From IMG/VR virus record IMGVR_UViG_3300028025_003013, positions 1-64,000 of that record: a DNA stretch of 64,000 bases; one strand, given 5' to 3'. The notes under the pieces are model-generated. The model saw only the letters and a program-made list of their open reading frames with translations. It searched no databases and had not been told where the DNA came from. Below are positions 20,190 through 26,270 of the stretch, piece by piece (the first letter of the stretch is position 1; every line of letters starts with the position of its first letter). Position numbers and translations under genes: made by a program. This stretch comes from a virus.

Positions 20190-20669
20190 ATGAAACAAAA
20201 GTGGCTTGATGCGTTCATGGACACAGCCGAGCGATTTGCTCAGTTGTCGAGTTCGCGAAGATTGCATGTTGGTGCAGTTGTCGTAAAGGATAATCGCATC
20301 ATCTCGATCGGCTACAATGGTATGCCAGCTGGTTGGACTAATGACTGCGAGCATAAGATCTATTGTGATGATGGAGATTATTCTGAACAGCTTCTTCCTA
20401 AGGATTCGAATCAGTGGGTAAAGTATAAACTTGTCACAAAGGATGAAGTTATCCATGCTGAGGCGAATGCCATAGCCAAGTTAGCCAGAGATGGCGAAAG
20501 CGGAAGTGGCAGTGCTATGTTTTGTACTCATGCGCCATGTGTGCAGTGTGCCAAACTAATCTATGGGGCTGGTATCACCAAGATGTTCTATAGAGACAGC
20601 TATCGGGATGCTGATGGGATAAACTTCCTTACAGCTACAGGTGTTGAGGTAATACCCTACAAAAAGTAA
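20190..20669 (+). CDS. cd: dCMP deaminase
   Basis: SIGYNG, HAEANAI, PCVQC. Confidence 0.92.
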   Translation: MKQKWLDAFMDTAERFAQLSSSRRLHVGAVVVKDNRIISIGYNGMPAGWTNDCEHKIYCDDGDYSEQLLPKDSNQWVKYKLVTKDEVIHAEANAIAKLARDGESGSGSAMFCTHAPCVQCAKLIYGAGITKMFYRDSYRDADGINFLTATGVEVIPYKK

Positions 20670-20743
20670 GGTTTTAATAAAATACTTGACGGAAATTCAA
20701 AACTGAGGTAGAATTGGTTATAAATACTTAAATGGAGTTCAAA

Positions 20744-21052
20744 ATGAAAAAGATCGTAAAATTTGCAGTTGCTTCTCTTGTGGTTTCTTTTGGCTTTGCA
20801 TCGACAGCGCATGCATGGGGCGAAAGAGAACAAGGTGCTCTTGCTGGTGTAGCTGGTCTTTGGATATTTCAACAATTGTCCAAGCCACAAGTTGTAGTTC
20901 AGCAACCACCAGTTGTGTATGCTCCTCCGCAAGTTGTGTATACTCAACCACCAGTTGTAGTATATAACCCTGTGAGACAATGGTGTGAGACCAGAGTTAT
21001 TATCGACCAAAATGGTTTTCATCGCACTGCTCAGGTTTGTTGGTATCAGTAA
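20744..21052 (+). CDS. secreted Pro/Val-rich small protein
   Basis: Signal peptide (AHA), PPVVY repeats; both early (TTGACG) and late (TATAAATA 20719-20726) promoter motifs upstream. Confidence 0.7.
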   Translation: MKKIVKFAVASLVVSFGFASTAHAWGEREQGALAGVAGLWIFQQLSKPQVVVQQPPVVYAPPQVVYTQPPVVVYNPVRQWCETRVIIDQNGFHRTAQVCWYQ

Positions 21053-21062
21053 GTTGTAAGTG

Positions 21063-21091
21063 TTGACTTTAAAAGAAAAGAAACGTATAAT
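21063..21091 (+). promoter_or_regulatory. sigma70-type promoter of tRNA array leader
   Basis: TTGACT-17 nt-TATAAT. Confidence 0.85.
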
Positions 21092-21097
21092 TCAATT

Positions 21098-21220
21098 ATG
21101 TTAAAAATAGTTTGTTCCTCGTTGGCTAAACATCTACCACTCAATAGTGGCTGGACAAACACACGCCCACAGTCAACAGACGTATTTGCGATTGAGTATA
21201 GTGAGGGTTTTGGAAACTAG
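21098..21220 (+). CDS. putative attenuator leader peptide (40 aa, all 20 amino acids)
   Basis: MLKIVCSSLAKHLPLNSGWTNTRPQSTDVFAIEYSEGFGN*; ATG 6 nt after -10; 3' end overlaps antiterminator arm. Confidence 0.7.
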   Translation: MLKIVCSSLAKHLPLNSGWTNTRPQSTDVFAIEYSEGFGN

Positions 21221-21283
21221 ATTAGACAACAAGTCTACTTCCCAAAACCCTCTGAGATGAAAGTCCAGAGGGTTTTTTGTTTT
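21203..21283 (+). terminator. mutually exclusive antiterminator / intrinsic terminator (attenuator)
   Basis: GAGGGTTTTGG 21203-13 pairs with CCAAAACCCTC 21242-52; alternatively AAAACCCTCTG 21244-54 pairs with CAGAGGGTTTT 21266-76, running into a U-tract. Confidence 0.8.
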
Positions 21284-21328
21284 AGGGCATCGTCCCAAAT
21301 TAGATCTTTAACAATTTGAAGTTTCTGT

Positions 21329-21402
21329 TCCCTGATAGTGTAGCGGTAACACAGCTGACTTTGACTCAGCTATCGCAGGTTCGAATCCTGCTCGGGGTGC
21401 CA
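21329..21402 (+). tRNA. tRNA-Gln(TTG)
   Basis: Cloverleaf, GCTGA-CT-TTG-AC-TCAGC, CCA. Confidence 0.9.
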
Positions 21403-21440
21403 TAATAAAGCATATTGCAAAGTATGCTTTGATATGATAT

Positions 21441-21514
21441 GGGGGTAAAACTTTAAAGTGAAGTAACTGGCTTTTAACCAGTAAAACTAGGAGCGTTACC
21501 TAGTACCCCTACCA
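21441..21514 (+). tRNA. tRNA-Lys(TTT), atypical D/T loops
   Basis: ACTGG-CT-TTT-AA-CCAGT; T-loop AGCGTTA; CCA. Confidence 0.82.
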
Positions 21515-21522
21515 GATACAAT

Positions 21523-21598
21523 GGTGTCCATAGTGTAAAGGTTAGCACCCAACTCTGTGAAAGTTGTAGAAAGGGATCGTTCCCCTTTGGATACCCCA
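21523..21598 (+). tRNA. tRNA-His(GTG)
   Basis: G-1/C73, CAACT-CT-GTG-AA-AGTTG; T-loop ATCGTTC. Confidence 0.85.
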
Positions 21599-21600
21599 GT

Positions 21601-21675
21601 GGTGATATAGCACAGCGGTAGTGCACTTCCTTCATACGGAATAGGTCGTTTGTTCGAATCAAACTATCACCACCA
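21601..21675 (+). tRNA. tRNA-Met/Ile2(CAT)
   Basis: Cloverleaf, CAT anticodon, CCA. Confidence 0.85.
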
Positions 21676-21686
21676 AAGATTAATAT

Positions 21687-21773
21687 GGGTGTTGCCCACT
21701 ACGGCAGTCTGTAAAACTGTTCCTGAAGGTAGTGAAGTCAAGGCACGTGGAGCGTTACCATCAACACCCACCA
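21687..21773 (+). tRNA. tRNA-Tyr(GTA)-like, D-armless, 8/4 fold
   Basis: 8-bp acceptor GGGTGTTG/CAACACCC, GCAGT-CT-GTA-AA-ACTGT, long variable region, ACCA. Confidence 0.7.
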
Positions 21774-21779
21774 TATTAT

Positions 21780-21856
21780 GCCCCGATGACGGAATTGGTA
21801 TACGTGTTGGTCTTAGAAACCAAATTTTGGGAGTTCGAGTCTCCCTTGGGGCACCA
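21780..21856 (+). tRNA. tRNA-Leu(TAG), short variable arm
   Basis: TTGGT-CT-TAG-AA-ACCAA, CCA. Confidence 0.88.
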
Positions 21857-21864
21857 AGTATTTT

Positions 21865-21939
21865 GCATCGTTAACTCAGCGGTAGAGTGTCTCCCTTACA
21901 AGGAGAAGGTCGGCAGTTCGATCCTGTCACGATGTACCA
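21865..21939 (+). tRNA. tRNA-Val(TAC)
   Basis: Canonical cloverleaf, CCA. Confidence 0.92.
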
Positions 21940-21946
21940 GTTTTAT

Positions 21947-22022
21947 GCCAAGATAGCTCATCAGGTAGAGCACCAGTTTGAAGCATTGGGTGTGGTCGGT
22001 TCGAGTCCGACTCTTGGTACCA
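21947..22022 (+). tRNA. tRNA-Phe(GAA)
   Basis: CCAGT-TT-GAA-GC-ATTGG, CCA. Confidence 0.88.
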
Positions 22023-22026
22023 GTTT

Positions 22027-22101
22027 TGCCTTATAGCTCAGAGGAAGAGCAATCGCTTGATAAGCGATAGGTCGACATTTCGAAATTGTCTAAGGCAACC
22101 A
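22027..22101 (+). tRNA. tRNA-Ile(GAT)
   Basis: ATCGC-TT-GAT-AA-GCGAT, CCA. Confidence 0.85.
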
Positions 22102-22102
22102 T

Positions 22103-22179
22103 ATCCCAATGGCGCAATTGGTAGACGCACCTCTCTCAAAAGGAGTCTGTTGAAGGTTCGAGTCCTTCTTGGGATACCA
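22103..22179 (+). tRNA. tRNA-Leu(CAA), short variable arm
   Basis: CT-CAA-AA loop, ATCCCAA/TTGGGAT acceptor, CCA. Confidence 0.83.
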
Positions 22180-22185
22180 GATTAT

Positions 22186-22261
22186 GCCCCATTAGTAAAA
22201 TGGATGATTACGCTGTGCTACGAACGCAGAGGTGGAGGTTCAATTCCTTCATGGGGTACCA
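22186..22261 (+). tRNA. tRNA-Arg(ACG)
   Basis: CTGTG-CT-ACG-AA-CGCAG, CCA. Confidence 0.88.
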
Positions 22262-22269
22262 AAGTTTAT

Positions 22270-22361
22270 GGAAGATAATGCAGCGGGGTTGGTCCTGCGA
22301 CCAGCCTTGAAAACTGGGTTCTCAGAAATGGGATGGGGTTCGACTCCTCTGTCTTCCGCCA
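22270..22361 (+). tRNA. tRNA-Ser(TGA), 8/4 fold with enlarged D arm
   Basis: GGAAGATA/TGTCTTCC acceptor, TGA anticodon, G73, CCA. Confidence 0.82.
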
Positions 22362-22377
22362 ATATAAGGAGCATGAT

Positions 22378-22572
22378 ATGCAAATAACGAGAGCAGAACA
22401 GGCAAACATTAAACAGCATAACTTGGAGCAACGTCGTCTTCAAGACAAGAGAGATGAAGACTATCGCAAGGTAGTTGAGAAAAGATCGTATGAACGAATC
22501 ATAGAAGATCGAGTTGATCGCAATCGTCGCCTGGATTTAGACAAAGGTAGGAATATAGATATTGAATGTTAG
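22378..22572 (+). CDS. small charged protein within tRNA array
   Basis: AAGGAG RBS; ends KGRNIDIEC. Confidence 0.65.
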   Translation: MQITRAEQANIKQHNLEQRRLQDKRDEDYRKVVEKRSYERIIEDRVDRNRRLDLDKGRNIDIEC

Positions 22573-22656
22573 AGAGTGGGCAGGATGGTAATGCAGCAGT
22601 TTGCTAAACTGTAGATCCGAAAGGGTCAAAGGGTTCGACTCCCTTACTCTCTGCCA
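22571..22656 (+). tRNA. tRNA-Ser(GCT)
   Basis: GCAGT-TT-GCT-AA-ACTGT, long V arm, CCA. Confidence 0.9.
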
Positions 22657-22658
22657 AT

Positions 22659-22733
22659 ACGGCATTCGTTCAACGGATAGGACATGAGTCTTCTAAACTC
22701 AGAATGGTGGTTCGATTCCTCCATGCCGTGCCA
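22659..22733 (+). tRNA. tRNA-Arg(TCT)
   Basis: TGAGT-CT-TCT-AA-ACTCA, CCA. Confidence 0.9.
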
Positions 22734-22739
22734 GTGTTC

Positions 22740-22814
22740 GGGCTGATAGCTTAATGGTAAAGCGTTCGACTCATAATCGATTGAGTCTGAGTTCAATTCT
22801 CAGTCAGCCCACCA
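22740..22814 (+). tRNA. tRNA-Ile2/Met(CAT)
   Basis: Cloverleaf, CT-CAT-AA loop, CCA. Confidence 0.88.
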
Positions 22815-22856
22815 GTGTAATGTTAAATAGAGGTAATGCAGTAAGAAAGGTCTAAT

Positions 22857-23414
22857 ATGAATATCCTAGCACTTGATGCAAGTGGTCTACCTAGAAAGTG
22901 GATCAACTTTGAAGATGCAATTACGTACCATGCCAAAGGGCAGGTTGTATGGTCTCTTGGAGATCCTGTTGCAAAGTTTCGTGGTGGTTTGCAAAATGAT
23001 GGCACATTGTCTTACATCGAGTCGCCATCTATCATTGCGATCAAAGGTAAAGGATATTCACTTGACAAAGTCGGGAGAGTAATCCTGACAAACAAAACTT
23101 TGTTTGGTCGTGACAGACATCTGTGTGCTTATTGTGGTGATGTATTTTTACCAAGCAAGTTATCACGTGACCATGTTGTGCCTGTATCAAAGGGTGGTGA
23201 AGATAGTTGGACAAACGTAGTAACATCATGCGTCAAGTGCAATACGCACAAGGGTGCTAAGACACTTGAACAAAGTGGCTTGCAGTTGCTGTATGTTCCA
23301 TACGAACCAAACCACTACGAGAATATGATTTTACAAAACAGAAACATTCTTGCTGATCAAATGGAGTACTTGTTATCAGGTGTTCCAAAGAACAGTAGAG
23401 TGCATCTGCTATAG
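22857..23414 (+). CDS. HNH endonuclease
   Basis: RDRHLCAYCG, DHVVPVSKGG, WTNVVTSCVKCN. Confidence 0.9.
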   Translation: MNILALDASGLPRKWINFEDAITYHAKGQVVWSLGDPVAKFRGGLQNDGTLSYIESPSIIAIKGKGYSLDKVGRVILTNKTLFGRDRHLCAYCGDVFLPSKLSRDHVVPVSKGGEDSWTNVVTSCVKCNTHKGAKTLEQSGLQLLYVPYEPNHYENMILQNRNILADQMEYLLSGVPKNSRVHLL

Positions 23415-23490
23415 TGCGATACCCGAGCGGTCTAAGGGCACAGCCTGCAAAACTGATGATTCGTGGGTTCGAATCCCACTCGCACTTCCA
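23413..23490 (+). tRNA. tRNA-Cys(GCA)
   Basis: CT-GCA-AA loop, U73, CCA. Confidence 0.88.
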
Positions 23491-23549
23491 AGATAGTTGT
23501 TGACCTTAATTCAGGTTTAGTGTATAATTGATTTTTAGATGGAGAAAAA

Positions 23550-23687
23550 ATGTTTAAAGATGATGTGGCACTGGGCGAATTTTTGGAATTTTTGGGTGAC
23601 CTGTCCCTCGAGGGGGAGTCTTTTGAAATATGTCTGGCTGCACTGAAACTGCAGTCCGCACTGAAAGAAATTTATCCGCAGTATTGA
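23550..23687 (+). CDS. small hypothetical protein
   Basis: Own promoter (TTGACC...TATAAT) and GGAG RBS; MFKDDVALGEFLEFL. Confidence 0.55.
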   Translation: MFKDDVALGEFLEFLGDLSLEGESFEICLAALKLQSALKEIYPQY

Positions 23688-23731
23688 AAATACTGCTTGA
23701 CTTAAATTAGCATTTGATGTATAATTAGAGT

Positions 23732-23817
23732 TCTGAAGTCCTCTATTAGTCTTTACGTAAAGTCGGAAGCATGAGGCTTGGGGTGTGGCTCATCGTGAGA
23801 TGCCCAGTCACCCCACC
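23732..23817 (+). ncRNA. candidate structured small RNA behind TTGACT-17-TATAAT promoter
   Basis: No ORF; stems AAGTCCTC/GAGGCTT and GGGGTG/CACCCC, CATC-GTGA-GATG hairpin. Confidence 0.45.
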
Positions 23818-23820
23818 TTT

Positions 23821-23895
23821 GCACGATTCGTCTATCGGTTAGGACACCAGCCTTTCACGTTGGTAAGATGGGTTCGATTCCCATATCGTGTACCA
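23821..23895 (+). tRNA. tRNA-Glu(TTC)
   Basis: CCAGC-CT-TTC-AC-GTTGG, CCA. Confidence 0.9.
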
Positions 23896-24116
23896 TATTA
23901 AATTGTATTGGGTTGCCAATGCCAGTAGGTAATTTAGTTCGCCCCCAACTGACGGAGTTGGACTGCTAAGTTACACGAAACCTTGAGATCATATCAGGAG
24001 GACGCTGGACAAAATTGGAACGTAATGTGGTTAACAGACAAGTCCATGGACGTCATGGTAGGGCAGGTTCAAAACTGTTATTTCTGTTAAACATCCCAGT
24101 ATAATTTAATATGGTA
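23891..24116 (+). ncRNA. unassigned multibranch structured RNA closed by a 22-bp stem
   Basis: 23891-23912 pairs with 24095-24116 (two G-U pairs); nested hairpins. Confidence 0.65.
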
Positions 24117-24124
24117 AAGTTTAT

Positions 24125-24200
24125 TCCCTAGTAGCACAGCGGTAGTTGCACTTGACTGTTAATCAAGGTGTCCGTGGTTCGATCCCACGCTGGGGAGCCA
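24125..24200 (+). tRNA. tRNA-Asn(GTT)
   Basis: CTTGA-CT-GTT-AA-TCAAG, CCA. Confidence 0.92.
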
Positions 24201-24204
24201 ATAT

Positions 24205-24281
24205 CGCGATGTATGGAAGTGGTCATCCGCCCAGTCTCATAAGCTGTGGAATCGCTGGTTCGAATCCAGCCATCGCAACCA
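24205..24281 (+). tRNA. initiator tRNA-fMet(CAT)
   Basis: C1:A72 mismatch, CAT anticodon, CCA. Confidence 0.85.
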
Positions 24282-24283
24282 AA

Positions 24284-24508
24284 CGTGCCGAGTGTCTTTG
24301 GCTAATGTGATCCGCATGACGAGAAACAGTGTGACAACTGTAGGATGGTTCTTCTTCTGTAATGGAAGTCATGGGTAACCATGGGTCGACCTAACCAGCG
24401 TTGGCAACACGAAAGTCTTGTGCATGGCGAGTGGGTGGAAGGTACGTGTGATGGGTGCGATAGCGTCGTATCTTGATGTGCTATAATTACCACGATGTGC
24501 AGGAAGCA
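24284..24508 (+). ncRNA. candidate structured RNA between tRNA-fMet and tRNA-Thr
   Basis: GC-rich, no credible ORF; hairpins ACAGT/ACTGT, CATGG-GTAA-CCATG, TGGTT/AACCA. Confidence 0.5.
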
Positions 24509-24510
24509 AT

Positions 24511-24584
24511 GCCCTTGTAGTATATTGGTATTACAGTTGCCTTGTAAGCATCAAAAGAAGGTTCGATTCCTTACTGGGGCACCA
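24511..24584 (+). tRNA. tRNA-Thr(TGT)
   Basis: CT-TGT-AA loop, CCA. Confidence 0.83.
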
Positions 24585-24592
24585 AGTTTTTA

Positions 24593-24667
24593 GGTCTCAA
24601 AGTGTTCATGGACGCACATATGCCTGTCACGCATAAAGAAGGGGATCGTTACCCCTTGAGACCGCCA
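24593..24667 (+). tRNA. tRNA-Asp(GTC)
   Basis: TATGC-CT-GTC-AC-GCATA; T-loop ATCGTTA; CCA. Confidence 0.85.
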
Positions 24668-24812
24668 TTGTTAAGTGTTATCAAGGTATCGTGTATGGAC
24701 CCATACACTACTCGACAGTAAGGGTGCGACTGACACTGTCTGATATAACTGTTATTCGCTCGCCAGTGCTAGCTACATTTTTGGCAAATCGGCAGATAAC
24801 ACTTAACAATGG
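24665..24812 (+). ncRNA. unassigned structured RNA closed by a perfect 18-bp stem
   Basis: CCATTGTTAAGTGTTATC 24665-82 pairs with GATAACACTTAACAATGG 24795-812; three inner hairpins. Confidence 0.65.
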
Positions 24813-24816
24813 TTTT

Positions 24817-24891
24817 GGGGGATTAGTGATAATGGGAGCACATGTGCTTTGCAAGCATGAAGTGGGAGTTCGATCCTCCCATCCTCCACCA
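24817..24891 (+). tRNA. tRNA-Ala(TGC)
   Basis: G3:U70, TGC anticodon, CCA. Confidence 0.9.
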
Positions 24892-24899
24892 AAATATAT

Positions 24900-24976
<77 letters not shown>

Positions 24977-24990
24977 ACATCGAAGGTAAT

Positions 24991-25443
24991 ATGTTACATC
25001 TTATTGAAACTCTAACCGATAAGTTTTTTGAATTGCTTGCAGATGATCCTGTGAGACCAACCATACCACATGTGGACAGAGTTGGTGAGAACAAGGACAT
25101 CTTTGTATTTCGTGATGAGAACGATACAGTGAAAGCTATTACCTGCGTCAGCTATCAGGCAACCATACCTACCAAGGAATCAGAGTTGTTTGAGCAATGC
25201 GACAATCCTACAATTGCGATCTTTTACACCATCTGGAGTTATGCTCCTGGTGCTGGCAGAAAACTAATCTTTGATGCAGTGCGACATATCAAAGAAAACG
25301 ATACATGCATAGAACGATTCATTACACTTTCTCCAAAGACTGAGATGGCTAGAAAATTCCATCTAGGAAACAAAGCCATCATCCTAAGAGAAAATGAAGA
25401 GACTGTCAACTACGAATATATACAGGAGAAAACCAATGGCTAA
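24991..25443 (+). CDS. hypothetical protein, possible GNAT-like fold
   Basis: AIFYTIWSYAPGAGRKLI...TLSPKTEMARKFH. Confidence 0.7.
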   Translation: MLHLIETLTDKFFELLADDPVRPTIPHVDRVGENKDIFVFRDENDTVKAITCVSYQATIPTKESELFEQCDNPTIAIFYTIWSYAPGAGRKLIFDAVRHIKENDTCIERFITLSPKTEMARKFHLGNKAIILRENEETVNYEYIQEKTNG

Positions 25444-25562
25444 TGTTAAGCAGGGTAATCTTACAAAGAGTCCTCAGTGGTGGAAACACCTCAAGGACTT
25501 TAAGCGTTTCTTCTGGAAAGCAGAACGCAAAGCACAAAACAATGACATCAAAGGGAGACTGC

Positions 25563-25754
25563 ATGAGTGATACACCATCTACATTTAAGCAACAGTGGGA
25601 AGCCAAGAAGTTACTTAAACGTGCAAAGAAGAAAGCCAAGCACCAGCTACAAAAAGAAGGTTTCTCTAAGAACGAAGCCACCAAGCAGGTTAACTCAGCA
25701 TTGAATCGTATTGTGGCTAATCCGATTCGCAAAGCAAGTGGTCGAGGTGGATAA
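25563..25754 (+). CDS. small basic protein
   Basis: GGGAG RBS, MSDTPSTFKQQW. Confidence 0.55.
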   Translation: MSDTPSTFKQQWEAKKLLKRAKKKAKHQLQKEGFSKNEATKQVNSALNRIVANPIRKASGRGG

Positions 25755-26053
25755 TGAGTTATAGTCGCTGGGGTGGTTCTGTATGGTATAGTTTTTACAA
25801 CTGCAGTTCAGGTGACACCAGAGACACTCAGGTGCTATCTCTGTGGTACAGCATGGATCATATCATCGACTGGTTGTATGCAGATCTAGAAGATGTTACA
25901 GCTGAAGATATTGTAGAAATGTATAAATGTACGCATGCAGAAGCTACAGAAGCCATGGAGATCATAGGCTGGTTCATGGATGATGTAATGGAAGATTATC
26001 CTGATGCACTGCAAATTCTTGATAAAATAGACAAAATCGGTGAGCCCAGATGA
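25754..26053 (+). CDS. hypothetical protein
   Basis: MSYSRW start, coupled ORF. Confidence 0.6.
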   Translation: MSYSRWGGSVWYSFYNCSSGDTRDTQVLSLWYSMDHIIDWLYADLEDVTAEDIVEMYKCTHAEATEAMEIIGWFMDDVMEDYPDALQILDKIDKIGEPR

Positions 26054-26120
26054 TGGAATTGGTATACATATCAGACTTAAAATCTGAGTTCTGAGGGTTC
26101 GAGTCCCTCTCTGGGCACCA
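26044..26120 (+). tRNA. tRNA-Leu(TAA), short variable arm
   Basis: TCAGA-CT-TAA-AA-TCTGA, CCA. Confidence 0.9.
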
Positions 26121-26140
26121 AACCCTCCCCATACAGGTAG

Positions 26141-26235
26141 AAAAATCCCTTTAAAATCAACAACTTACGTAATCCCCTCAGTTTCTGGGGGTTTTGCAGA
26201 AACTTGTTGACGGAAATTGGGTTCTCATGCATAAT
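26141..26235 (+). repeat. early regulatory cassette copy
   Basis: AAAATCCCTTTAAAATCAACAACTTACG identical to the copy at ~8937-8963; hairpin; TTGACG 26207-12 ... CATAAT. Confidence 0.8.
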
Positions 26236-26270
26236 TATGTTATTGAGTTAGAAAACTGTTTGGAGATTAA

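Noticed and set aside
23891-24508. Group I intron or RNase P RNA identity for the structured inserts
   Set aside because: Could not find P7 R/S elements or the RNase P GAGGAAAGUCC motif, and no gene is interrupted
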